DNA of 64,000 nt, taken from positions 22,754,001 through 22,818,000 of the forward strand of contig OZ024761.1 in assembly GCA_964016885.1 (NCBI GenBank). Direction: 5' to 3'. Below are positions 24,101 through 39,033 of the stretch, in pieces. Below the pieces are notes generated by a model. It was not told the origin of the DNA, ran no database searches, and worked only from the letters and a program-made list of their open reading frames with translations. This stretch comes from Eledone cirrhosa. Its lineage: Eukaryota. Both the position numbers and the translations under genes were made by a program. Position 1 is the first letter of the stretch; every line of letters starts with the position of its first letter.

Positions 24101-26332
24101 TAATACACCCAGTACACTCTGTAAAGTGGTAGTGCTGGTGTCATGATAAAATACACCCAGTACACTCTGTAAAGTGGTAGTGCTGGTGTCATAATATAAT
24201 ACACCCAGTACACTCTGTAAAGTGGTAGTGCTGGTGTCATAATATAATACACCCCGTACACTCTGTAAAGTGGTAGTCCTCCTCAGCCAATATATGCCAG
24301 TTTATTTCTCAGCTACTAAACTTTCTATATTTATTTATCCCTCAATCAACTCACAAATTCTTCCTGTTTCAGTCAACAACGTCGGAGTTATGTACCATTA
24401 CCCACAATTATTCCTGGACGTCCCTGAAGAGGTCAGTTACTTCATTGTCAATTGTTTTCTCACATGACATCTGTAGTCACATATGTTTGGTCACGTGACA
24501 TCTGTAGTCACACGTTTGGTCACACGACATCTGTAGTCACACATGTTTGGTCACATGACATCTGTAGTTACGCATGTTTGGTCACACGACATCTGTAGTC
24601 ACGCATGTTTGGTCACACGACATCTGTAGTCACACATGTTTGGTCACACGACATCTGTAGTCACACGTTTGGTCACACGACATCTGTAGTCACGCATGTT
24701 TGGTCACACGACATCTGTAGTCACACATGTTTGGTCACATGACATCTGTAGTTACGCATGTTTGGTCACACGACATCTGTAGTCACGCATGTTTGGTCAC
24801 ACGACATCTGTAGTCACACGTTTGGTCACACGACATCTGTAGTCACACGTTTGGTCACACGACATCTGTAGTCACACATGTTTGGTCACACGACATCTGT
24901 AGTCACACATGTTTGGTCACACAACATCTGTAGTCACACGTTTGGTCACACGACATCTGTAGTCACGCATGTTTGGTCACACGACATCTGTAGTCACACA
25001 TGTTTGGTCACACGACATCTGTAGTCACACGTTTGGTCACACGACATCTGTAGTCACGCATGTTTGGTCACACGACATCTGTAGTCACACATGTTTGGTC
25101 ACACGACATCTGTAGTCACGCATGTTTGGTCACACGACATCTGTAGTCACACGTTTGGTCACACGACATCTGTAGTCACACGTTTGGTCACACGACATCT
25201 GTAGTCACGCATGTTTGGTCACACGACATCTGTAGTCACACATGTTTGGTCACACGACATCTGTAGTCACACATGTTTGGTCACACGACATCTGTAGTCA
25301 CACATGTTTGGTCACACGACATCTGTAGTCACACATGTTTGGTCACACAACATCTGTAGTCACTCATGTTTGGTCACACGACATCTGTAGTCACACATGT
25401 TTGGTCACATGACATCTGTAGTCACACATGTTTGGTCACATGATATCTGTAGTCACGCATGTTTGGTCACATGACATCTGTCTTAGTTAACTGTGTTTAA
25501 AGATGTCTTAGTCAACTATATGTAAAGATATGTCTTAGTCAACTGTGTGTAAAGATATGTCTTAGTCAACTGTGTGTAAAGATATATCTTAGTTAACTGT
25601 TTAACCCTTTAGCATTTACATTACTCTATATATGTTGTTATATTTTCGCAGTAAAGGCTTTATCTCACATAATATTGAATCTACAAGTTTTTGATATTAT
25701 TTAGTTTGAGAACAATACCTTGACATAAGTATGAGTGGTCTGTTATGGCCAGTTTGAACAGAAAGAGATGAGAGAATTATGGCTGGTTTAAATGCTAAAG
25801 GGTTAAAGATGTCTTAGTTAACTGTGTGTTAAGATATGTCTTAGATATGTCTCTACCAGTTTAATATTGTTTTATAATTTTCTTCCAGAGACTCTGGCAA
25901 CTTATTAATGTGAATATCACAGCCACAACAATGGTGAGTGTGAAACTGGCTTCATTTCCTCATATTACATCCATTGTCATATATAACACGACATCATCAT
26001 CATCATTATCGATTTTATATGTAATACATATATGGGTGACTTAAAGGTGATTGGACTATTTTATATATATTATTTTATGAAATGGCCCAGTGACTTTTAG
26101 GCCACCCTATATATATATATATATATATATATAGGAACCAGTAAGACCCCGACGGCTGAGCTCAAGCCATTTCGACGGCTAATTCGACGGCTAATGTCCA
26201 GAATTAGCCGTCGAAACGGCTTGAGCTCAGCCGTCGGGGTCTTACTGGTTCCTATTACCCACTCTACTACCCTAAGTATTGAGTACTTTGGTACGTTATG
26301 GTCCAGCTGGTTCCTTACCACATTTCCTTCGT

Positions 26333-26363
<31 letters not shown>

Positions 26364-26599
26364 TCAGGTTTGAGGTTCACCACTGTATAGAGCTGGTCTA
26401 TTCCGTATGGTCAATCGTAATGCAATTCATACGGAACCCGGTCATTGAAATGATCATAGTATAATAAACCTTTCAAGGATTTACACAAATCCAGCCTCCT
26501 GTCATTTCATTATATATATATGTATATATATATATATTTATTAAAATAACAGATTAAAGTTTAAGCAAAGAATTGTTGCTTTCACCCTTAACGGGATCT

Positions 26600-26644
<45 letters not shown>

Positions 26645-26783
26645 CAGGAAAGAAGGTTGACATGGTTTGCTATACAAAAAAGGTTTTTAATCTCATAGCT
26701 GACAATTGTTTCTCAGAACTACCTGGAATACCATAACTGGACTTTACCTAAGTGGACTGCATTTAACTATTATTTGTTACCCC

Positions 26784-26854
<71 letters not shown>

Positions 26855-29466
26855 AGGTTGGTAGTATTCTGGGTGTAGGTTAAGGGGTCAGCCACCCACA
26901 CACCCCTGTGACATGCGCAGAGCTGTCTGGATGGCCTGGAACCAGAAAAGCACATTTTTTGGGTCCGCTCCCTTCCAAATAAAATTACCTCAGAAATCTT
27001 ACCTTTTAATCAATATTTGCTGTCTGAAGAGATCACGATGTTTATCGTCATTGAAATATATATAACGGCTCAAATAATAAAGGACTCTAACACCTTCAAC
27101 TTCGCATTTTCATCTTTATTAATATACTCCGTCACCCCTGACATTGGGAATATGGCGTTGAGTGCTACAAGTGACTTGCATCCTTGTATACCGAATATAT
27201 TTATATATATATATATATCATCGTTTAAAGTCTATCTTCCATGCTAGCATGGGTTTATACATATATATAGTTCGGAATAACAGAAAACAAAAAACAGACA
27301 AACACAGGAATAAATGTTACAAATAATATTAGTTTCACGCTTGGTGAGAGTGGAGTGTGTGGCTGCAACGTTTCGGGCATAAACCCTTCATATATATATA
27401 TGATGTGTATTTACTATCTATATAAATATAAATACTTATATAAGATATTATTATTTTCTAGATGACGCACATGATATTGCCACAGATGGTCTCACGGTAT
27501 GTATTTTATTTATTTATTCAATTTAAGCGTCTGTATAGAGCTAATAAGCCATGACAGACTCGGGGATGTATTGAGTACTTCTCACAGTTGGTAATCAATA
27601 AAGAGATAGTGAGACAAGTTATAAGAAAGAAAAAAAAACAAACTAAAAACTAAAATAAAAATAAGAGAAAAAAAAGGGGGCCAAAAAAAAAAAAATAACC
27701 ACCATCACATCCACCACCACTACCAATACCACCACCACCACCACCTCCAATACCACCACCAACAACACTACCACCACCACTACCACCACCATCACCACCA
27801 TCACCAACTCCACTCTCCCAACCATAACTACTACAATCACCACCACCATCATCACCACTACCACACCACACAACTAACTCCCCCCTCCACTACACCACAC
27901 TACCACAACCCCCTCCCCCACTACACCACGCCACCACAAGCCCCTCCCCCACTACACCACACCACCACCACCACCAAATAACCACAACAATATTATCTCC
28001 AATTTCAGAAAGCGCGGTGCCATTGTCACGATGTCTTCAGCCAGTTGTATCAACGTCACTCCACAGATCACTGTTTACGCCGGCACTAAGAAATATGTCG
28101 ACTACTTTGTACAGGCACTTCAGTATGAGTACAAGGACAGCGGTGTGATCTTTCAGAGCCTTGTACCCCTCTATGTAGCCACCAGAATGACACATTTCAG
28201 TGCAACCTTATCGAATCCTAACCTTTTCATTCCATCAGCCAGCGTCTATGCACGACACGCCATTACTACTCTTGGTTTCTCAAACAGAACTACAGGCTAC
28301 TGGCCCCATTCACTTATAGTATGTTTACACCAATTTCTCATCAACCTGTTTTATACTAAACTGCTTAACCCTTTAGCATTTACACTACTCTATATATACT
28401 ATTGTATTTTCACAGTAAAGGCTTTACCTCACATAATATCTCACATAATATTTACATTACTCTATATATACTATTGTATTTTCACAGTAAAGGCTTTACC
28501 TCACATAATATCTCACATAACATTTACATTACTCTATATATACTATTGTATTTTCACAGTAAAGGCATTTACCTCACATAATATCTCACATAATATCAAA
28601 TCTATTAGATTTTGATATTATTTATTTTGAGAACAATACCTAAACATCGGCATAAGCGGCCAGTTACAGCCGGTTTAAACAGAAAGAAGTGAGAGAATTC
28701 TGGCCGGTTTAAATGCTAAAGGGTTAAAATGTCCTGGCTTCGATAATATAAAATTGTTTGATTTCAAATGTATATGTTTATTTTAAAAAAATTACATCAT
28801 AATTTTATGCAAGTACCCTTGTTATGTTATGTTCCAAACACCCTTGACAGTGGAGACTTCTGGTGTCCTTGGCCCTAGGGCTCTACCTCCCTACTTACCA
28901 CTATAGGAGCTGAGCTGGCCAGCCGCAGGTGTGAGCCTTGCGAGATGGAACGCCTTCTCCATTCTGTCCGCCAGGGCTGTGGGCAGGCCAGCACATGGGA
29001 CCCCATTTGCTCACCCCATACAGAGAGATGGGGAGGGCGAGAAAGATGGAGGCAATGACAGTGGGAGTTCAGCTCTTCCATGTTCGGACCATATCCTGGT
29101 GGTTGTGTCCATTATCTATAGAGTTCAATCTTTTTCTTGTCATATTATTGAATTAACGTCAACCATATTCTTATATTCCTATATTCTGCCATTCCACTGT
29201 AGTTACTATAATGTATCACCATATTCCTATATTCTGCCATTCCACTGTAGTTACTATAATGTATCACCATATTCTTATATTCCTATATTCTTATATTCCT
29301 ATATTCTTATATTCCTATATTCTTATATTCCTATATTCTGCCATTTCAGCTCTGGTTACTAACCATGTTACCCAGCACTCTATGGATGTGGTGTGCCACT
29401 CATCTACATAATGGCCTACGTCGCCGCCGTCGCAGAGGAAACTCGGGCAGTACTGACACCCCATAA
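19665..29466 (+). CDS. HSDL1: Hydroxysteroid dehydrogenase-like protein 1 orthologue (SDR, HSD17B12/KAR family), 335 aa; exons 19665-19872, 22144-22266, 22932-23042, 24373-24431, 25889-25933, 27462-27496, 28009-28318, 29350-29466
   Basis: N-terminus MASVDSFGLLYR resembles HSDL1; YGKWAVVTGSSEGIGKAYA (TGxxxGxG), NNVG, YAGTK, ALQYEY, RTTGYWPH; exon phases sum to 1008 nt. Confidence 0.9.
21200..21610 (-). mobile_element. CR1/L2-like LINE 3' fragment
   Basis: NTRGHAYKV...RKHFFTLRVAEAWNKLP C-terminal motif; (ATT)n tail. Confidence 0.85.
22325..22590. repeat. 48-bp SINE-derived minisatellite (~5.5 copies)
   Basis: cacccagtacactctgtaaagtggtagtgctggtgtcatgataaaata. Confidence 0.9.
22590..22800 (-). 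mobile_element. RTE-type LINE 3' fragment
   Basis: Degenerate LRYYRHVVRM...RRP*TRWLENIHELSWSHLGI...MVASERTRW. Confidence 0.65.
23120..24277. repeat. 48-bp SINE-derived minisatellite (~24 copies) in an HSDL1 intron
   Basis: Same unit as 22325-22590. Confidence 0.95.
24460..25600. repeat. 29/31-bp minisatellite (~33 copies) followed by a 30-bp repeat
   Basis: gtcacacatgtttggtcacacgacatctgta; then aagatatgtcttagtcaactgtgtgta. Confidence 0.95.
25605..25802 (+). mobile_element. piggyBac-like MITE
   Basis: TTAA on both sides; TIR ccctttagcattta/taaatgctaaaggg. Confidence 0.8.
27019..27069 (+). ncRNA. Type I hammerhead ribozyme motif
   Basis: gctgt CTGAAGA gatcacgat gttt atcgtcatt GAAA tatata TA acggc; 5-bp stem I. 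Confidence 0.65.
28369..28723 (+). mobile_element. piggyBac-like MITE with an internal ~72-bp triplication
   Basis: TTAA flanks, same TIR as 25605. Confidence 0.8.
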
Positions 29467-29949
29467 AAAAACAATTTGCTGCAATCTAGGAGACTGTCAT
29501 TACGATCATCATCATCATCATTATTGGTAGAGGGTCGGGCACCATGCTTTGACGCATAGAGTTACGGCCCTTGCCATTCTGAGTTCAAATCCTGCCGAGG
29601 TTAACTTTGCCTTTCATCCTTACGGGGGTCGATAAAATAAAGTACCAGTAATACGCTGGGGTAATTGCTGGCCTTGTGCCTAACATAGAAACAATTATTA
29701 ACACTGTGAAGGTGGCAAATTGGCAGAATCGGTAGAGCGCTGGATAAGATGCCTGTGTTGTATTGCTACTGGCCCTTTATGTTCTGAGTTCAAATCCCAC
29801 CGAGGTTAACTTTGCCTTTCATCCTTACTGGGTCGATAAAATAAAGTACCAGTAATACGCTGGGGTTGATATAATCAACTTTCCCCTCCCTCAAAATTGT
29901 TGGCCTTGTGCCTAAATCAGACACCATTATTCTGTTTCTTTTCTTTTTC

Positions 29950-29956
29950 ACTTTAT

Positions 29957-30007
<51 letters not shown>

Positions 30008-30020
30008 TATATATATGTAC

Positions 30021-30066
<46 letters not shown>

Positions 30067-30087
30067 ATGTATGTGTATGTATGTATG

Positions 30088-30126
<39 letters not shown>

Positions 30127-30363
30127 GTATATATACATATATGTATATATATGTATGTGTATATATATATGTATGTGTATATATATGTATGTGTGTATGT
30201 ATGTGTGTATATATACATATATATATCTATGTGTATATATATGTATGTGTATATATACATATATGTATATATATGTATGTGTATATATATGTATGTATAA
30301 ATACATATATATATATATGTATGTATACATACATGTATATATATATATATGTATATATACATG

Positions 30364-30396
<33 letters not shown>

Positions 30397-30425
30397 GTAT
30401 ATATATATACATACATATATATTTA

Positions 30426-30504
<79 letters not shown>

Positions 30505-30600
30505 TCATCATCATCATCATTTTACGCCCGCTCTTCCCTGCTTGCAAGGGTATATATACATATATATATATACATACATATACATATGTATATATGTATA

Positions 30601-30644
<44 letters not shown>

Positions 30645-30650
30645 TACACA
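29950..30650. repeat. Long compound (TA)/(TATG)/(TACA) microsatellite
   Basis: Low complexity; similar tracts at 44620-45270, 47040-47715, 48060-48330, 52900-53340, 61420-61885, 63670-63975. Confidence 0.95.
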
Positions 30651-30927
30651 TATCTACAGGTATGACACTACCTATGGTAATATCTACAGGTATAACACTA
30701 CCTATGGTAATATCTACAGGTGTGACACTACCTATGGTAATATCTACAGGTATGACGCTACCTATGGTAATACTGTACACAGGCCCAAATACCTATTAGC
30801 TTGATTCGCATCTCAACTCTTCAAATACAATATTTTCATAATGCTTGAAATTCAAGTAAGGTAGGCACATATTTGGGTAAATATTTAGTTTCAGACATAT
30901 ATATGCAATAATATCAATTTGCCTTAA

Positions 30928-31147
30928 CCCTTTAGTATTTACATTACTCTATATATACTGTTGTATTTTCACAGTAAAGGATTTATATCATATAATATCT
31001 CACATTATATTGAATCTATGAGATTTTGATATTATTTATTTTGAGAACAATACCATAACATCAGTATGAGTAGCCAGTTACAGCCAGTTTGAACAGAAAG
31101 AGGTGAGAGAATTCTGGCCAGTTATGGCCGGTTTAAATGCTAAAGGG
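30928..31147 (+). mobile_element. piggyBac-like MITE
   Basis: TTAA flanks, same TIR. Confidence 0.8.
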
Positions 31148-31367
31148 TTAAATATGGCATAAGCTATTTAGTAAACTTCAGAACACTTCAGAGGTTATAA
31201 TGCAGCAAAGATGGTGAAAGTGTCTTTTGGGTTTTTCTGTTTGATTTTGGTTGGGTTCCCATTTTAACTAAATGGCATCATTGCTGCTTTATAACTCAAC
31301 ATTCTGTAAAATGTTAACTTGTGTAATCTGTAAATATTAATATTTTTAATCTCTCTCTCTCTCTCTC

Positions 31368-31412
<45 letters not shown>

Positions 31413-31432
31413 CTCTCGTTCTCTCTCTCTCG

Positions 31433-31470
<38 letters not shown>

Positions 31471-32239
31471 CTCTCTCTCTCTCATATATATATATCTATA
31501 GTCTGATGTCTGTCTTAAGCCAGAAGGCTCATTTGGCCAGTGTTTATCACAGTTTCATGGCGTGAAGTGACTGAGAGTACAAGACGCCAGTCCATTGCAG
31601 GGTTAACCTGACCCCCCAGCTATTGCTGGTACTCATTTTCAGCTGAGTATACTGGAGTAACGTGAAATGAAGTGTTTTGCTCAAGAACACAACACAAAAC
31701 CCAACCCAACCCAACCCAGCCCAGGAATCAAACCCACAACATTATTATCGTAAGTTCAACATCCTTACCACAAGGCCACACGCCTCCACTATATATATAT
31801 ATGTGTGTGTATGTGTGTGTATATATATATAGGAAAATATATTACCCACTCTACTACCCTAAGTATTCAGTACTCTGGTGCATTAGGGTTCATCTGGTTC
31901 CTTACCACAACTCCTTTGTTATATATATATAAAATAAACTGAGACTGCTGAAGCTAGTACGTAAACAGGCCTATGTTATCCTGAACCCAAGCAAATGTAA
32001 ATCACATTCCTGCATTCAACCGTCACAATACCGAATCAGCCGTAAATGAAATTCAAGCATATCCTTCAAAACCATATCCCGGCCTTCTTGGTCAAACAAC
32101 CAACCTGCTTCAATTACTGGTATAATGGAAACTCTTATCATCAGGCAACAGAATTTGCTTATTTTCTGCATACACTAAACAACAAAACAAATATCTTTGA
32201 TAGTGGAAGTTATTATTATTATTATTATTAGGGTGGTGG

Positions 32240-32810
32240 AGGGCGGTGGATTGGCAATATCGGTAAGGGTCGGACGCCATGCTTTGAAGCACAGAGTTAC
32301 CTCCCTTTATGATCTGAGTTCAAATCCCGCCGAGGTTAATTTTGCCTTTCATCTTTACGAGGTCAATAAAATAAAGTACCAGTAATGCACTGGGATAATT
32401 GCTGGCCTTGTGCCAAAAGTAGAAACAATTATTATTAGGGTGGTGGGTTGGCTGTGTCGGGAGAGTATCGGAAGAGTAATGGACGCCATGCTTTGCAACA
32501 TAGAGTTACAGCCCTTTATGGTCTCGGTTCAAATCTTGCCAAAGTCAACTTTGCCTTTCATCCTTCTAGTGTCAATCAAATAAAGTACCAGTCACATGCT
32601 GGGGTCAATATAATCAACTTTCCCCTCACCACAAATTGTTGGCCTTGTGCTTCAATTAGAAATCAAAAATACTACTGTTTCTACTTTTGGCACAAGGCCA
32701 GCAATTATCCCAGTGTATTACTGGTACTTTATTTTATCGACCCTGTAAGGATGAAAGGCAAAGCTAACCTTGGTGGATTTGAACTCAGAACGTAAAGGGC
32801 CATAACTCTG
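32240..32810. mobile_element. Cluster of three copies of the most abundant SINE (about 20 copies in the window, e.g. 3110-3240, 29525-29930, 35815-35990, 43575-43790, 46620-47040, 50510-50880)
   Basis: tRNA-like head with gagttcaaatccc B box; core actttgcctttcatccttacggggtcgataaaataaagtaccag; 3' gctggccttgtgccaaaagtagaaacaa(tta)n. Confidence 0.85.
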
Positions 32811-33569
32811 CTGTAGCCCTTTACGTTCTGAAATCATAATAATGTGACTGTTGGCTCAACTAATTGCTAATTTCAACCAGTTTGAGCTGTCGTTGCTAAT
32901 TTCAACCAGTTTGAGCTGTCGTTGCTAATTTCAACCAGTTTGAGCTGTCGTTAATTTCAACCAGTTTGAACAGTCACTCCTCTTCACCACCTCTTCCCCT
33001 CTCTCTCTCTCAATCCTTTCAATGACACACATTACCTTCAAACTTTATTCTCTCCAGATTTTTATCGAAGTCCTACATTAGTGGAAATGATTTAAAACAG
33101 GTTTTTTTTTTGTTTTCCTTTTGATGAAATAAAAAAAAAAAATTTAATATATTTTCGATTACTTGTTTTGTTGTTGTTAATATTTTGATTATTTGAATTT
33201 TCGGTAAAGTCGGTAGAGTGTTGCACAAAATGCTTCCCAGTATTTGTTGTGATTCTTCACATTCTAAGTTCAAATACATTTTATGGCATAGAGTTACACC
33301 CCTTTATGATCTGAGTTCAAATCCTGTTTGGTGTATTTTAATCTTGGTAGAGTCAATCGCTTTCCAGGTCAGAACACGATTGGTTTATTCCAGGGAAGAG
33401 GAAAGGAAGAATTTGTGCCGATATTGTAAAGCTACTTTTTTTTTTGTATCCAAGTCAAATGGATGAAAAGAAAAGTTGACTTCTATGGGATTTGAACTCA
33501 GTAAGAGAGAATGAATACCCTGGCATTTTATATCTGATAACGACACATCCATGCAAAATATAGAACATC

Positions 33570-33940
33570 TATAAAGTGGTCGTGTTGGTGCCACAACAAA
33601 AAGCACCCAATTCACACTGTAAAGTGGTTGTCTTGGTGCCACAACAAAAAACACCCAGTCCGCACTGTAAAGTAGTTGTGTTGGTATCACAACAAAAAGC
33701 ACCCAGTCCACACTGTAAAGTAGTTGTGTTGGTTTCACAACAAAAAACACACAGTCCACACTGTAAATGAAGTTGACGTTAGGAAGGGCATCCAGCTGTA
33801 GAAATCAAGGCAGAAACAGGTCAGTTCTGTATGTGTAAGACATGGTCACCTCACTTGACCTGACATGACATGCCTCAAATAGAACAAGTCGTTTAACCCA
33901 TGCTAGCATGGAAAAATGGCTGTTAAACGATGATGATAAA
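33570..33940 (+). mobile_element. SINE body with four 48-49-bp internal tandem copies
   Basis: aaaagcacccagtccacactgtaaagt repeats then ttaggaagggcatccagc...catgctagcatggaaaa (gat)n; related copies at 39100-39365, 45370-45640, 48360-48650. Confidence 0.75.
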
Positions 33941-34091
33941 GCAGAACCAAGATGTGATTTACCAACCAGACAAGTTCCACACCAAGAAGACCTCATCTAA
34001 TAAATGGCATGATGATATATGGGGACTGGTTAACTCATAGAACAACCACATTGATATGTTGCGGCTGGTTTAACCCTTATATATATATAGT

Positions 34092-34310
34092 GAAGGCGTG
34101 TGGCTGAGTGGTTAGAGAATTGGATTCGCAATCGTAAGGTTGTGAGTTCGATTCCTGGACCAGGTGATGCGTTGTGTCCTTGAGCAAGACACTTTATTTC
34201 ACGTTGCTCCTTCTACCTGGAGTTGCGACCGATAGATAGTATTAGCAATTGGAAAGACCAACGGAAACATTGTTCCCTCGGTCCGATTTGACGAAAGTCG
34301 ATCGTTCCTT
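34092..34310 (+). mobile_element. tRNA-derived SINE (second copy 57357-57560)
   Basis: ggcgtgtggctgagtggttagag...gagttcgattcc head and gtccttgagcaagacactt core; two near-identical copies. Confidence 0.8.
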
Positions 34311-34386
34311 AATATATATATATAAAGGGTTAAACACACTGTAAAGTGGTTGGTATTTATATATATATATATATATATGTCATTTA

Positions 34387-34426
<40 letters not shown>

Positions 34427-34906
34427 TAAATGACAGGAGGCTGGACTGGTGTAATTCCTTAAATCTTTAAGGAATTACACCAATCCAGCCTCCTGCCATT
34501 TTATAAAAATTAACTCCATACTCGCACCACAAACGAAGATGGGTGAGTTGCATTACGTCAAGTTCTCTCCATAATATTACATCAAAGTTGACTCTATGGA
34601 ATGATCAGTTCTATCCAGTGGTGAACCAACAAACTCAAATGAATATATATATATGTATATATATATATGTATGTCAGGTCGCTCTTGAGTGCTACTGGTA
34701 ACATGTAACCCAGTACATGTTTCATGGTCGGTTTGTCAACGATTAAACCAGCAACCCCACCAATCTTGCTTGGTGAGGAGGGAAATTTTGAACACACTAC
34801 GGCATGAAAAACAAAACCTGACTAAGGGCAGAAGAACTCATAAGAGTCAACAGCCATCCAAGAGTGTGTAAATATTTATAGTCTTTTTTTTGACTTTTTG
34901 ATATTT

Positions 34907-34946
<40 letters not shown>

Positions 34947-35478
34947 CCAAATTTCCTAGTGTTGAAGACGCTACTTTTCTCCTAAAATAAGTCTCAAAAA
35001 TCTACCATACGTCCTGGAAACTGAAGGTTGATTATTATTTTTTTTCAAATTTTTGGTTGTCAAAATTAGGGTGGGTCCTTGAGGACGAAGGTCTTCAGCG
35101 CCGGGAAATATTACATGTTTATATATTATATATATATTATTATATATTATTATTATTACGGGGTCGATAAAATAAAGTACCAGTAATGTACTGAGTATTT
35201 GCTGGCCTTGTGCCTAAAGTAGAAACAATTATTATTATTATATTTTACGTTATATTTTGAGGTTCATAGGCATTTCTATGGACCACCCCCAATGATCGCG
35301 GTTTTTCACTATTCTCGGGTGTTCTCGGACCGTAACCCCCGCGAATACGGGAGAACAACTGCATATGAATATATGGACTAATATATAATTACACGAATAT
35401 TTATATACATACCAATATATATACATATTTTCACGTATATGTACATATATATATATATATATATATACCTGTATATAC

Positions 35479-35510
<32 letters not shown>

Positions 35511-36588
35511 ATATATATGTATGTATGTATATATGTACCACATGAATATAAATATATACGTCACGATTTATTATACATTAGAGACAGAGTGAGAGATTTG
35601 GCTGCTATTTTTAGCAGATTTAGAAACTTCGGTAAATGGTTTATTTTTTCTTCTTCCCGGTACTCTGAACATGATTTGAAATGACTGGAGTGAGTTCATA
35701 AAAGGGTAAACTAAAGTAATTGCACGGTTTTTATGCCGTCTGTGTTAGTGTAGGACCGATGTAGATTGACTTGCTTTGGTTTTACAACTCGTTGTCAACA
35801 TGCATATTATTATTGGCAGTATCGGTAGAATGTCGGACGCCAAGCATAGAGTTACGGCCCTTGCCATTCTGAGTTCAAATCCCACCGAGGTTAACTTTGC
35901 CTTTCATCCTTACGGGGTCGATTAAATAAAGTACCAGTAATACACTGAGATAATTGCTGTCCTTGTGCCCAAAGTAGCAACAATTATTATACTTTCACAC
36001 ACATTATATCCATACGCATATAGGATTTTAAGTTTTTATTCTTTCTATTAAGAGATAGGCGTAATAAGTCGAGTTAAAGCTAAAGTATAATGATATAACA
36101 ACAGTGTATAAAGTATTCCCCGCTTTATTGAGATTCAAACGTTTTAAAGAAAAAAACATGATAGTAAAAGAAATATATTTAATATCATAATATATATAAT
36201 GTAAACAAAGGTTAATGTAATCGCTACACTGGTGTTATAATTATTATTATCGCTCAAATTCCGCCGAGATTAACTTTGCCTTTCATCCTTACGGGGTTGA
36301 TAAAATAAAGTACCAGTAATGCACTGAGATAAATTGCTGGCCTTGTGCCTAAAGTAGAAATAATTATTATCGCACTGTTATTTCTTCAAAGTGCTTTCGT
36401 ACTGGATACAATTTGAGTGGCTCAATATAATATATGTAAGAGATATATATCATCATTTCATCATCATCATTTCATTTTACGTCCACTTTTCCCTGCTTGC
36501 AAGGGTGGGACGGGAACTGATTCTGGCTTGATTTCTACAGCTGGATGCCCTTCCTAACACCAACCTCATTTACAGTGAGTGCTGGGTA

Positions 36589-36622
<34 letters not shown>

Positions 36623-36749
36623 ATTTATATATATATATATATAATATAATTGTATTAATATATATATAATATATAATTGTATTAATATATATACATATAT
36701 ATATATCAATAATATTAATAAATGGAAACTATCTTTATAAAACCATATT

Positions 36750-36811
36750 TATTTTATTATATATATTTCAAGGGTACCCAAATTTTTGGTACGCCCTCAT
36801 CAGATAAAATA
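36750..36811 (-). ncRNA. Type I hammerhead ribozyme motif (the + copy at 36950-37011 has CTGATAA, probably inactive)
   Basis: tattttat CTGATGA gggcgtaccaaa..ttgggtaccctt GAAA tatata TA ataaaata. Confidence 0.65.
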
Positions 36812-37228
36812 CAAAAGTTGTTTTATAGATAGTGACATATCCAAAACAAGAACTTATCCTTTTAAGTTCTGTTTGAATAGCACTTAAAACAGAACTTAAA
36901 AGGATAAGTTCTTGTTTTGGATATGTCACTAGCTATAAAACAACTTTTGTATTTTATCTGATAAGGGCGTACCAAAAATTTTGGTACCCTTGAAATATAT
37001 ATAATAAAATAAATATGGTTTTATAAAGATAGTTTCCATTTATTAATATTATACTCCAGAAGAATTCTGTTATAAATAAATTTGTTGAATAACCAACAAA
37101 TTAAATAACACTTTGCTTATATATATATATATATATATAACTATTTTTCCCATTTTGACGCTATAGTCACTTATATATTATGGAATACTGTTGGCTTTTT
37201 GTACAATGTTTTCTATACCTTTCATTTA

Positions 37229-37319
<91 letters not shown>

Positions 37320-37339
37320 AACCCTAACCCATATATATA

Positions 37340-37375
<36 letters not shown>

Positions 37376-37850
37376 TGGAAGATACGAAAACCTGACTGAG
37401 AATATGTGGCTAACTTTGAAAGGTAGCATTTGTTGTAATAAAGACCAGGGAAATTTAAAGTGTGACACGTAATTATTACCAAATTTAAACATTATTTTCT
37501 ATATTATATTAAGTATTTCAATGGCCATAAATAATTTACCTAACCAGTATATATATTTAGAGAGATATATTAATTATAGAAATAAGGAAAGATAAAAATT
37601 ACAAACAAAACGTGAGAAGACAGACATTGCAAACGAAAATATTTGTGTTTTCTTCTAAATACTTTTAATTGCAAGCTATAACAGTCAAGCCATTGTCACA
37701 GGTAACAGTGAAGCTAAGGTGCTGTAATATTTTAGTATATTTATTAGTATTCTCTCTAAGAAAATGTCACTGGACCGAGATCTTTGTCGCCACGCAGTAA
37801 TACAGAAGACCTGCCTTGCCTATGTACAAAGCAAAACCTACAGTCAATAG

Positions 37851-38870
<1,020 letters not shown>

Positions 38871-38962
38871 ATTTCCGTAGAAAGGGTAAAAGAAATACTT
38901 TATATATATATATAAAGTATTTCCGTAGAAAGGGTAAAGGAAGGCGAGTGCTCTATTAAATT

Positions 38963-39033
38963 TTCATTCTGATGAGTGATTTCAGACGTCTCTGTTGAGC
39001 TTGCCTGTCTTCGTGAAACCTTTGGTAAATGGA
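38963..39033 (+). ncRNA. Type I hammerhead ribozyme motif
   Basis: ttcatt CTGATGA long stem II GAAA cc ttt gg TA aatgga. Confidence 0.55.

Noticed and set aside
23107-24261. 384-aa repeat ORF (TPALPLYRVYWVYYIM)n
   Set aside because: By-product of a 48-bp SINE-derived array in an HSDL1 intron
24460-25480. CRISPR-like regular array
   Set aside because: Head-to-tail units with no unique spacers, no cas genes, eukaryotic intron
29790-30804. Many YI/CV/HT-rich ORFs here and elsewhere
   Set aside because: Translations of (TA)n, (TG)n and (CA)n microsatellites
34092-34165. tRNA gene
   Set aside because: The tRNA-like head continues into a SINE body and recurs at 57357
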